Assembly: GCA_038087875.1 (NCBI GenBank)
Contig: JAXLNO010003629.1
Coordinates: 62,001-126,000 of the forward strand
Direction of reading: 5' to 3'
DNA: 64,000 bases
Source of the DNA: Malacoraja senta
Lineage: Eukaryota
Made by a program: the position numbers and the translations under genes. Below the pieces are notes generated by a model. That model was given only the letters and a program-made list of their open reading frames with translations. It searched no databases and had not been told where the DNA came from. This document shows positions 51,801 through 61,183 of this stretch, in pieces. Positions within the stretch are counted from its first letter, which is position 1. Every line of letters starts with the position of its first letter.

Positions 51801-54388
51801 GCATTCACTGTAAGGCGGCAACTCTACCGCTGCGCCACCATGCCGCGTTCATTGTGTCATCTCTTTGTGACATGTTTACAGTTTGACTTGCTGATTCAAC
51901 TGCTTCAATGCACCATCTGATGTGATTATTTGACTGAACACAGCAACCTGCTCCCTGATGGTCACTGTGTGCTATAGGTTGGTGTTAATAATCCTTACTC
52001 CTGGCGAGCAGCAGTCTCCCCCCTGGGAGGGGACAACATGGTTCTGACTACAGTCGGCTGAGAGTCCACTTAGAAATGAAGACTTTGGTTGTCCTCTGCC
52101 TGTGCCTCAGTGCCAGTAAAACCCTGCTCCGTCAGCCGCTGCACCAAGGGAGAGGCCACCCCCACCCACACCCACTCCCACTGCGGTGTCCCCACCTCCC
52201 AGATTGGAAATCTGTGCTCCTGGCTGAGCAGAAGCCTCCCCATGTACGCTCATCTAGCACAGTCTCGCTATGCAGCAGAACTGAAGTTGAACTTTATTTT
52301 ACAAGGGTAGCGCACACCAGCCTCTCCATCCTTTGGCCTCATTGCAGACTGATGCTTTTGGGTGGTGAGCTGTCCTTAAAGGGCAGGAGATATCAATCAG
52401 TGAGTGAATAGATTAGTTGGTGTGTGGAATTAATGCATGGATCAACCATCTCCAATTTTACACTAAAAACACATGAAGATGTGTTCATTAGGATTGAAAT
52501 AATAATGTGTTCAACCTCATTGACATCAGTAGGCAATGGTTACATGCACAGTACAGTTTTAGTACTTGAAGACCAAAATTAATTTTAGGAGTTGAAAATC
52601 GGAATGAAAAATAATAATAATAATAATCAGGACAGATAGGAACTGTGAAAGAGGAACAACTGTGAAAGAGGAACAAAACCAAGGAACTGATTGTGGACTT
52701 TGGAATGGGTAGGATGGGGACCCACAGTCCCGTTTATATCAACGGGTCGAAGGTGGAAATGGTCAAGAGCTTCAAATTCCTGGGCGTGCACATCTCTGAA
52801 GTTCTCTCCTGGTCTGAGAACACGGATTCTATTATAAAGGAAGCACATCAGCGCCTCTACTTCCTGAGAAGATTACGGAGAGTCGGTATGTCAAGGAGGA
52901 CTCTCTCTAACTTCTACAGGTGCACAGTAGAGAGCATGCTGACTGGTTGCATCATGGCTTGGTTCGGCAACTTGAGTGCCCAGGAGTGAAAAAGACTACA
53001 AAAAGTTGTGACCACTGCCCAGTCCATCATCGGCTCTGACCTCCCTACCATCAAGGGGATCTATCGCAGTCGATGCCTCAAAAAGGCTGGCAGCATCATC
53101 AAGGACCCACACCATCCTGACTACACACTCATCTCCCCGCTACCTTCAGGTAGAAGGTACAGGAGCCTGAAGTCTGCAACGACCAGGTTCAGGAATAGCT
53201 ACTTCCCCACAGCCATCAGGCTATGAAACTCAACTGAAACAAAACTCTGAACATTAATAGTCCATTATCAGTTTATTTGCACTTTATCTGTTTTATTTAT
53301 TCATGTGTGTATATATTTATACAATGGTATATGGACACACTGATCTGTTCTGTATTCATGCCTACTATATTCTGTTGTGCTGAAGCAAAGCAAGAAATTG
53401 ATTGTCCTAACTGGGACACATGACAATAAACTATCTTGAATCTTGAGTCCAGCCATGATCGCATTAAATGGCGTTGCTGGTTCGAGGGGCCGAATGGCCT
53501 ACTCCTGCATCTATTGTCAATTGTCAAAGATCCTTTCTTTGAATCTGACAACGTTTTTTTCATCATAAAACATGAACTCACTTCTTTCCCTTTCCACGGA
53601 TACTGCTTAAACGGCTGAGTATTTCTAACGTTTGCAGTTCTTGTGCGCCTGGTTAGAGAGGATTGAAGCTGGAGGGCAATATCCACTCTGTTATCAGCAG
53701 TGCTCATTCAACCATTGTTCCAGGCTTAGACTATGATAGACATTTGTCCACAGTACAGTGGGAAGTATCACAGCTGAATCAGCTACTTTATCAACCAGCC
53801 ATCAGCTTCCATCTCCTGCCTGAGAAATGTCAGCTGATTGTAACCAAGAAATAGAAACTTGTGTGAATGTTTACAGTCTCTAACTGATGGTTACTGAGGC
53901 AAGTTGTGGCTCTCTAATCTTTCTGAGTAAGGTCAATTAATCTGGAAAAAAAAGACACAATGTGCTGGAGTAACTCAACGGGTCAGGCGGAATCTCTGGA
54001 GAACATAGATTGGTGAGGTTTTGGGTCTTGACCCTACTTCAGACTAAAGGGCTGCGACCTGAAATGTCACCTGCCTAACCTGCTGAGTTTCTCCAACACT
54101 TTGTGTCTTTTATTGGTAAACTCTCATCTGCAGTATCTTGTGTCTCAGTGAAACTGGATCACAAGTTAAACTCAAGACTTCTGCTCTAAATTAGTCAGTG
54201 TGGTTAATGCCTGGTCTTTGGGGGAGCTTTTGAATGGTGTCCATTTATTCTACAAATGTGAACTGTGTTTATTATTTTGACAGGGAATTATACTTTCCTC
54301 AGATTTGTTGTAATAATCGGAGGTCTGGCTGTTCTCATCGTCATTATACTGGCAGTGGAGTTCTGTCAAAGAAAGCGCAAGCCTACAG
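33720..54388 (+). CDS. Spliced gene for a type I membrane receptor with 8 Ig domains, (V*-C2-V-C2)x2 + TM; CD4/LAG-3/G6F-like-related IgSF member; 3' end incomplete
   Basis: join(33720-33807,38174-38515,40551-40820,42308-42649,42728-42988,43991-44326,45233-45505,48467-48805,49586-49855,54284-54388). Every intron is GT-AG and phase 1, the junction codons (K,V,N,V,G,I,G,V,R) are sense, and there are no internal stops; 2626 nt. Family assignment is inferred from architecture and the WxC motif. Confidence 0.85.
33850..34440 (+). mobile_element. Ancient L2 RT relic
   Basis: Translation QLDLASTSLD...DIQDCMS...QLN...KAIVFSP follows the L2 post-YADD pattern. Confidence 0.55.
34800..37760 (+). mobile_element. 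Ancient, heavily degraded near-full-length CR1 in the leader-D1 intron
   Basis: Collinear remnants of ORF1 (WLRTWCRGQ), APE (FNARSI), RT (FADE) and 3' end. Confidence 0.75.
38174..38515 (+). CDS. Ig exon D1: cysteine-less V-like domain (IRNQIYFLDNGGDIVLKGP...VVWEW...SGLFTLTE...YGIK)
   Basis: ttccaacag| acceptor, AAG|GTGAGT donor, 342 nt open; Trp in C strand, GLFT at the F-strand GxYxC position; paralogous to D5. Confidence 0.8.
38600..40060 (+). mobile_element. L1/Tx1-like ORF2 3' relic interrupted by CR1
   Basis: WSRNMLIF and YVLRDTLKISADKAKALW resemble the Tx1-type ORF2 C-terminus. Confidence 0.5.
39275..39750 (+). mobile_element. Young CR1 family A 3' fragment
   Basis: ORF 39230-39655 ending GYGEKAGMGY; (TTCTATGT)n tail. 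Confidence 0.9.
40551..40820 (+). CDS. Ig exon D2: C2-type domain (GSDVTLSC...LHW...LYVC)
   Basis: tttttcacag| acceptor, A|GTGAGT donor, 270 nt open, canonical C-W-C. Confidence 0.9.
40895..41290 (-). mobile_element. CR1 family B 3' fragment
   Basis: ORF 41050-41295; CATATAAC tail. Confidence 0.88.
42308..42649 (+). CDS. Ig exon D3: V-type domain (LHLVC...AEWFW...FGNRL...DFSVRI...DAGVYTC)
   Basis: ctctctgatacag| acceptor, AAG|GTAGGA donor, 342 nt open; DAGVYTC V-set motif. Confidence 0.9.
42728..42988 (+). CDS. Ig exon D4: C2-type domain (VTEGDNVTLTC...LVW...GNCRCGLFHQ)
   Basis: 78-bp intron after D3; tttccacag| acceptor, G|GTAAGT donor, 261 nt open. Confidence 0.9.
43991..44326 (+). CDS. 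Ig exon D5: cysteine-less V-like domain (HYMYFLHQEGNFVLKGP...LEW...AGLFTW...FGIK)
   Basis: tttcctacag| acceptor, 336 nt open, weaker donor AAA|GTAATA; about 35% aa identity to D1 by hand alignment. Confidence 0.75.
44931..45110. repeat. G-rich minisatellite, 53-55 bp unit x3.4
   Basis: Units start at 44931, 44984, 45039 and 45092 (CTACCAGGAAGTGTTGATGTGGGAGACGAGGGGGCGAGGGGGACAGGTGGTCA). Confidence 0.95.
45233..45505 (+). CDS. Ig exon D6: C2-type domain lacking the F-strand Cys (GSDITLSC...LHW...LYTW)
   Basis: tttccacag| acceptor, G|GTGAGT donor, 273 nt open; about 57% identity to D2. Confidence 0.88.
45826..47930 (-). mobile_element. Rex1/Babar-type 3' fragment split by a CR1 insertion
   Basis: (TCAGAA)n tail; KKSQQRMYFLRQLRKHNLPQ matches the element at 29575; it continues at 47770-47930. 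Confidence 0.8.
46448..47768 (-). mobile_element. Young CR1 family A element, 5'-truncated, open RT-to-end ORF
   Basis: ORF 46548-47795 (415 aa) ending GYGEKAGTGY. Confidence 0.93.
47970..48365 (+). mobile_element. CR1 ORF2 C-terminal fragment ending about 100 bp upstream of the D7 acceptor
   Basis: LEYCLQFWSP-type sequence. Confidence 0.8.
48467..48805 (+). CDS. Ig exon D7: V-type domain (LDLIC...KWTW...FGNRL...DAGVYTC)
   Basis: ccctctcttgcag| acceptor, AG|GTAGGA donor, 339 nt open; about 47% identity to D3. Confidence 0.9.
49586..49855 (+). CDS. Ig exon D8: C2-type domain with WxC motif (ITLTC...LVW...KWTCGLFHQ)
   Basis: tctttccacag| acceptor, A|GTAAGT donor, 270 nt open; about 56% identity to D4. 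Confidence 0.9.
50471..50774 (+). mobile_element. HE1-type V-SINE
   Basis: tRNA-like A/B boxes, GGGTTTTCTCC core, CR1-like 3' end, (AAACT)n tail. Confidence 0.85.
51528..51847 (-). mobile_element. HE1-type V-SINE
   Basis: Reverse-complement copy of the same family, with a (TTTAG)n tail on the plus strand. Confidence 0.85.
52640..53445 (+). mobile_element. Rex1/Babar-type 3' fragment
   Basis: KTKELIVDF...FKFLGVHIS...AHQRLYFLRRL; GACAATAAA...TTGAATCTTG tail. Confidence 0.85.
53948..54150. mobile_element. Short hairpin-forming repeat, probably Penelope-derived (related relics at about 43670-43812 and 44735-44915)
   Basis: AAAGACACAATGTGCTGGAGTAACTCA...TGAGTTTCTCCAACACTTTGTGTCTTT inverted pair; GAAACGTCACC-type motif shared among copies. 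The superfamily is inferred. Confidence 0.45.
54284..54388 (+). CDS. Transmembrane exon RNYTFLRFVVIIGGLAVLIVIILAVEFCQRKRKPT
   Basis: attttgacag| acceptor, AG|GTAAAG donor, phase 1, a hydrophobic run of about 20 aa followed by Cys and a basic stop-transfer cluster. Confidence 0.8.
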
Positions 54389-54415
54389 GTAAAGTACATG
54401 AATACATCCTTAATG

Positions 54416-55455
54416 TAGATATGTTACAAAACTTACCTTCAGTCGCGCTGTAATTCTGTCACTGGCCGTGTGCGCGATTTTGGCGCCTTTAAGGGGGGGC
54501 GGGGTTAAAACGCGGGTTTCTCCTCCCTTGTCCTGGTTGATATTTTGTTGGAGTACACGCCTTGGCTGACAAATCGTTCCTAGTGGCGTTTTGTGTGTTT
54601 TTTATTTTTATTAAATCTTCAATGTCAGAGCTAGAGTAATTTTAAAATCAGCTCCTGAAGCGTCAACGCCGATAACGGGGACGGATTTCACACACGGGAC
54701 AGGTAAACGAAAGTGGTTTCTTTAAATGTATGAAAGTGCTTCTTAAGAAGCCTTTAATTCACATTTTTTCATGCGACACGGTGATTTTATTCCCCGAATT
54801 AACGGCAGTATTTTTCATGCCAATACGGGGTTAAATTCACCGCAAATGAACGTTCCAAAAGTTCGCGTTACAGAAATCCTCACTCACAAGATGATTTAAA
54901 TCCCCATTAATTTACAGGTATTAAACATTCAATTCCTTCCATTTGGCCTGTAAATTCATGAAAATTAGATTTAAAAATTATGTTATATTGTGAATTATTG
55001 TGTGACTGTTATTTGGACACTTAGGCTATTGAAAAATGTTAATCTATTCTTAAGAAATTGATAGATGTTTAGATCTAGTAATTGAATTTTGTAATTAGCT
55101 ACAATTAGGTAACTAACTAATTATATGCTATACTTTCATGTCTTCGAAGTAAGATTGTTTCATATTTGTTTCAGAATGCTTCAATCTATAATAACTGAAA
55201 ATTTCTTTCAGTTATCATAACTTTTAAGAAAGTTATGGGCTTTTAACTGTCGTCGATCACAGCTTTTGTGTTAAGTCAATGGAAAAGCAATAGGGAACTA
55301 GATGCTAATTTCTGAGTATATAATGGCCATAACTCTTTTAATACTGAAGATATGAAAGTGAATTAAGTGTCAAATTAAACTTCTTGTTATGCTTTATCTG
55401 ATGGGATAAATTGCAGACTTTATTTTTTAAATCTCAAAATTTTGTAACATTGCTA
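54416..55455. mobile_element. Non-autonomous DNA transposon, 16-bp TIRs (TAG...CTA), 7-bp TSD CTTAATG
   Basis: TAGATATGTTACAAAA vs TTTTGTAACATTGCTA (14/16); CTTAATG at 54409-54415 and 55456-55462; no internal ORF. Confidence 0.8.
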
Positions 55456-56445
55456 CTTAATGCAGCACAGATTCCCCAAATTAACAATGACAATGTTATC
55501 TCTGATACAAGGAGAAAAGAACAATATATTTTGGATGAGAAAAGTATCTGTTTGTGCATATGTTGTTGAGAAATTAATTTCAGAATTTTTGTGTTCAATT
55601 AAAGCATTATTTATGCAATGTGGATTGTCTACCTGTCTACCTGCGTTGCCAGGAGGAGTCTGCTGTATGATTTCAGGTGCTGTTCTGCAATGACCTGACC
55701 ACGTGGTGATTGTGTCACCATCCCCTGTGTAAACCATTATCAAATAAACATGCCAGAAGTTGAAGTATAGCTAGTGTAGTCATGTAGAAAATATGGTCTC
55801 CAATTTGCCCTCAACATGTTCCTATTTACTGAGGGATGAATATTGGCCAGGAAACCAGGAGACCAAGCTATCTCCACTGCACATTGGTGATTCACGTTCC
55901 AAAATCTATTGTGTCCCAAGAGGCCAGAAGGGGCCTCAGTTTAACAAATAATCTTTAATCTGGTGAGGGCAATGCTACAGCAATCCCACATGGCAACAGA
56001 GTGTTAGGCTCAACTGTGTGTTCAAATTTGGGGTTGTGCCTGAGGGTTTATTCTGTGTTGTTGAACAAACTGATCAGACGGGTATCGGGCTAGTACAACA
56101 GTTCATCAAGGTCACTGACACATGGAATACTCAGTTCTTAAAGCTTCTCTTATATTTATATAAATCACCTTTTTTCCATTAAAACATAAACCATTCCAAT
56201 AACTGATCATTAGAAATATAAAATTACACATTGAATATATTAACTGTATGTACATTTATAAATTCAGTTGCTCCTTTACTTGTCATCTTGACTTGTGAAA
56301 ACTCTGCAGTGCAAAGATGCATTAGTCCACTCTCCAGATATTTTCAACTCTGCTAGATACCTCCACATGTTGGCCTTACCTCATTCATGGTCTCCTGTGC
56401 CTTCCCACCCATGTTCTGTCCAGCAATGGCTCTATCGTGGAATAG

Positions 56446-59385
56446 ATACATAGATACATAGAAATTAGGTGCAGGAGTAGGCCATTCGGCCCTTCGAGCC
56501 TGCACCGCCATTCAATACGATCATGGCTGATCATCCAACTCAGTATCCCGTACCTGCCTTCTCTCCATACCCCCTGATCCCTTTAGCCACAAGGGCCACA
56601 TCTAATTCCCTCTTAAATATAGCCAATGAACTGGCCTCAACTACCCTCTGTGGCAGAGAGTTCCAGAGATTCACCACTCTCTGTGTGAAAAAGTTTTTCC
56701 TCATCTCGGTCTTAAAGGATTTTCCCCTTATCCTTAAGCTGTGACCCCTTGTCCTGGACTTCCCCAACATCGGGAACAATCTTCCTGCATCTAGCCTGTC
56801 CAACCCCATAAGAATCTTGTACGTTTCTATAAGATCCCCTCTCAATCTCCTAAATTCTAGCGAGTATAAGCCAAGTCTATCCAGTCTTTCTTCATATGAA
56901 AGTCCTGACATCCCAGGAATCAGTCTGGTGAACCTTCTCTGCACTCCCTCTATGGCTATAATGTCCTTCCTCAGATTTGGAGACCAAAACTGTACGCAAT
57001 ACTCCAGGTGTGGTCTCACCAAGACCCTGTACAACTGCAGTAGAACCTCACTGCTCCTATACTCAAATCCTCTTGCTATGAAGGCCAACATACCATTCGC
57101 TTTCTTCACTGCCTGCTGCACCTGCATGCCTACTTTCAATGACTGGTGTACCATGACACCCAGGTCTCGCTGCATCTCCCCATTTCCTAATCGGCCACCA
57201 TTTAGATAATAGTCTGCCTTCCCGTTTTTGCTACCAAAGTGGATAACCTCACATTTATCCACATTATACTGCATCTGCCAAACATTTGCCCACTCACCCA
57301 GCCTATCCAAGTCACCTTGCAGTCTCCTAGCATCCTCCTCACAGCTAACACTGCCCCCCAGCTTAGTGTCATCCGCAAACTTGGAGATGTTGCTTTCAAT
57401 TCCCTCGTCCAGATCATTAATATAAATTGTAAATAGCTGGGGTCCCAGCACTGAGCCTTGTGGTACCCCACTAGTCACTGCCTGCCATTGTGAAAAGGAC
57501 CCGTTTACTCCTACTCTTTGCTTCCTGTTTGCCAGCCAGTTCTCTATCCACATCAATACTGAACCCCCAATACCGTGTGATTTAAGTTTGTATCCTAATC
57601 TCTTATGTGGTACCTTGTCGAAAGCCTTCTGAAAGTCCAGATACAACACATCCACTGGTTCTCCCCTATCCACTCTACTAGTTACATCCTCGAAAAATTC
57701 TATAAGATTCGTCAGACACGATTTACCTTTCGTAAATCCATGCTGACTTTGTCCAATGATTTCACCACTTTCCAAATGTGCTGCTATCCCATCTTTAATA
57801 ACTGACTCTAGCAGTTTCCCCACTACCGATGTTAGACTAACTGGTCTGTAATTCCCCGTTTTCTCTCTCCCTCCCTTCTTAAAAAGTGGGGTTACGTTTG
57901 CTACCCTCCAATCCTCAGGAACTACTCCAGAATCTAAAGAGTTTTGAAAAATTATCACTAATGCATCCACTATTTCTGGAGCTACTTCCTTAAGTACTCT
58001 GGAATGCAGCCTATCTGGCCCTGGTGATTTATCGGCCTTTAATCCATTCAATTTACCCAACACCACTTCCCGACTAACCTGGATTTCACTCAGTTCCTCC
58101 ATCTCCTTTGACCCGCGGCCCCCTGCTATTTCCGGCAGATTATTTATGTCTTCCTTAGTGAAGACGGAACCAAAGTAGTTATTCAATTGGTCTGCCATAT
58201 CCTTGTTCCCCATGATCAATTCACCTGTTTCTGACTGCAAGGGACCTACATTTGATTTAACTAATCTCTTTCTCTTCACATATCTATAAAAACTTTTGCA
58301 GTCAGTTTTTATGTTCCCTGCCAGTTTCCTTTCATAATCTATTTTCCCTTTCCTAATTAAGCCCTTTGTCCTCCTCTGCTGGTCTCTGAATTTCTCCCAG
58401 TCCTCTGGTATGCTGCTTTTTCTGGCTAATTTGTACGCATCATCTTTTGCTTTGATACTATCCCTGATTTCCCTTGTTATCCACGGATGCACTACCTTCC
58501 TTGATTTATTCTTTTGCCAAACTGGGATGAACAATTTTTGTAGTTCATCCATGCAGTCTTTAAATGCCTTCCATTGCATATCCACCGTCAACCCTTTTAG
58601 AACTAATTGCCAGTCAATCTTGGCCAATTCATGTCTCATACCCTCAAAGTTACCTTTCTTTAAGTTCAGAACCGTTGTTTCTGAATTAACAATGTCACTC
58701 TCCATCCTAATGAAGAACTCAACCATATTATGATCACTCTTGCCCAAGGGGGCACGCACAACAAGTCTGCTAACTAACCCTTCCTCATTACTCAATACCC
58801 AGTCTAGAATAGCCTGCTCTCTCGTTGGTTCCTCTACATGTTGGTTTAGATAACTATCCCTCATACATTCCAAGAAATCCTCTTCCTCAGCACCCCTGCC
58901 AATTTGATTCACCCAATCTATACGTAGATTGAAGTCACCCATTATAACTGTTTTGCCTTTGTTGCACGCATTTCTAATTTCCTGTTTGATGCCATCCCCA
59001 ACTTCACTACTACTGCTAGGTGGCCTGTACACAACGCCCACCAGCGTTTTCTGCCCCTTAGTGTTTCGCAGCTCTACCCATACCGATTCCACATCCTCCA
59101 AGCTAATGTCCTTCCTTTCCACTGCGTTAATCTCCTCTCTAACCAGCAACGCCACCCCACCTCATTTTCCTTTCTCTCTATCCCTCCTGAATATTGAAGA
59201 TCCCTGGATGTTCAGCTCCCAGCCTTGGTCACCTTGGAGCCATGTCTCCGTGATCCCAACTATATCATAATCATGAATTGCTATCTGCACGTTCAACTCA
59301 TCCACCTTATTACGAATGCTCCTTGCATTGAGACACAAAGCCTTCAGACTTGTTTTTACAACGCTCTTACCCCTTATACCGTAAC
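56446..59385 (-). mobile_element. Very young CR1 family A element with essentially complete ORF2 (APE + RT), one premature stop
   Basis: ORFs 59162-59458 and 56540-59155 are in the same frame, separated by a single TGA at 59162-59164 (KGK*GGVALLV). Confidence 0.95.
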
Positions 59386-60075
59386 TCAAATCCATGCTCA
59401 TCCTGTACCTCATATTCTCCATCACCATCTTCTTGGGCATCCTGTCCATGTAACACATGATCTATCCATGTAATTTGACTTCTGTCACTCATTCCCGTCA
59501 TTGCACCACCATTTTATTCACAATAGTTTTCCTGAACTGAATCCAAATTCTCTGATTATCAAATAGGATTTAAACCTCTGCTTCTGGACTATTAATCTCA
59601 AAGAGTCTTGGATTAATATCCAGTTAACCTATGACAATCCAAAAGTACATCAAAATAAGCAAACTAAATAATGTACCCATTAACAAGAGTCAGCACAACA
59701 CCTTTGAAAGTAAGTTGGAGAGAAACACATCACCAATTCTGAATCTGGTAATGTTGGGTAAAATTAATTACATATTGTGTTTATCATATTTGTGGAAAAT
59801 GGAGTTAATGGAATCTCTATTGTGTTTTGTTAAATGTGTGAAATTAAATTGTATGTAAAATCATGAAGGGAATAGATAGGGTGAGTGTGCAGAGTCTTTG
59901 ACCCAGTATAAAGTAATCAAAAACTAGAAGACATAGGTTTAAGTTGAGAGGAACCTGAGTGGCAGCTTTTTCACTCAGATGATGGTGGTTATATGGAACA
60001 AGCTGACAGAGAAGGTCGATGAGGAAGGAACTATAACTGCATTTAAAAGACACTTAGGTAGGTACATGAACCAAC

Positions 60076-60930
60076 GGGTGGCGCCGCAATGGCTGCCTCG
60101 CCAACAGTCTGTCTCGTCCTTTTCCTTCTTTGATGTTTTTCAGTATGAGTTAAATGGATGTTTTAGTGTTCTTTAGCTTTATTTTATGTGGGGGGTGGAG
60201 GGAGGTTGGGGGAACCTTTTTAAAATCTCTTACCTCGCCGAACATGCATTTTTTTCCGTATCGTATCTCCATCCGCATCCGCACTGTGGCCTAACATCGA
60301 GGTGCTGGCGGCCTCTTGCTGGGGATTGACTTCGGGAGCTCCAACCGCGTGAGCCTGCAGGACTTAACATCGTGGAGCTGGTGGTTCCTGTCGGGGATCG
60401 ACCTTGGAGCTCCAACCGTGGAGCCTGCGGATTTAACATCGTGAAGCACGTGGTCCCTTTGTTAGGGATCGACTTCGGGAGCTCCAACCGTGGGAGCCTG
60501 CAGGATTTAACATCGTGGAGCACGCGGTCCCTTGTTTAGGGATCGACTTCGGGAGCTCTAACCGTGGGAGCCTGCAGGACTTAACATCGTGGAGCAGGTG
60601 GTCCCTTGGTTAGGGATCGACTACGGGAGCTCCAAGCCACAGGAGCTTCGACCGGCCTGACCTGGGGGCTTCAATCGTCGGCTGCGGGAGCTTCTATCAC
60701 CCCGACTGCGAATGGTTCGACTGCCCCGACCACGGGAGAATAAAGAGTGAAGAAGATTAGACTTTATCGCCTTCCGTCACAGTGAGGAATGTGGAGAATC
60801 CACTGTGGTGGATGATTATATTAACTTTTCTGTAGTTGTGTGTCTTGTTGCTTTTTCTGGTATGACGATGATAAATTGAGTTTAATTGCACCTTAATTGG
60901 TGCACATGACAATAAAATACATTTGAATCT
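60076..60930 (+). mobile_element. Non-autonomous retroelement with internal tandem array and Rex1-like 3' tail
   Basis: CpG-rich, no ORF; ends CACATGACAATAAA...TTGAATCTT like the Rex1 tail at about 53420-53445. Confidence 0.55.
60292..60640. repeat. Tandem array, about 70-74 bp unit x5
   Basis: Recurrent TTAACATCGTGGAGC...GGGATCGACTTCGGGAGCTCCAACCGTGGGAGCCTGCAGGA. Confidence 0.9.
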
Positions 60931-60956
60931 TTGGAGAAGAAAGGTTAAGGTCATGG

Positions 60957-61183
60957 TGTAGCGGAAACTGCTGGCGCACGTAGATATCGAACCCGGAGTT
61001 GGGATGCCGCGGTCACGTGAGTCGGGAGGGGCTGCTGTTTTCGCGCGGTTTCGTTTTGGCGCCACAGTTGTTTTGCTGACCACCGTTGTGATCAGACATG
61101 TATGCATAGACCTGTTTGCTAAGGAGCGAATGTTCAATAAAAACCGTTCAGAAAACGTAGTCGTCGTTTCTGCATCCGCTAAA
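60957..61183 (+). mobile_element. Solo LTR (Gypsy-like), 227 bp, TSD ATGG
   Basis: Termini TGTAGCGGA / TCCGCTAAA (8/9 inverted), ATGG at 60953-60956 and 61184-61187, internal AATAAA near 61135. Confidence 0.7.

Noticed and set aside
52076-52411. ORF with signal-peptide-like start (MKTLVVLCLCLSAS) and His/Pro run inside the D8-TM intron
   Set aside because: No strong phase-compatible donor, no recognisable domain and no paralog in the first cassette; cannot be supported as an exon or nested gene
54389-54453. Read-through of the TM exon as the cytoplasmic tail (GKVHEYILNVDMLQNLPSVAL*)
   Set aside because: The latter half is encoded by the inserted DNA transposon TIR, and a good donor AG|GTAAAG precedes it
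2860-59270. Numerous 60-170 aa ORFs such as MxPKWITSHLS..., MDNLTFI..., MMYIVNSCGPS...
   Set aside because: They are antisense or alternate-frame shadows of CR1 or Rex1 ORF2, recurring wherever those elements occur
59527-59566. Possible LAG-3-like FxxL tail exon (FPELNPNSLIIK*) after acceptor ttcacaatag
   Set aside because: Needs a phase-2 upstream exon that I could not find (the TM exon ends in phase 1), and the residue after L is N rather than D/E; a 4-residue motif is easily chance
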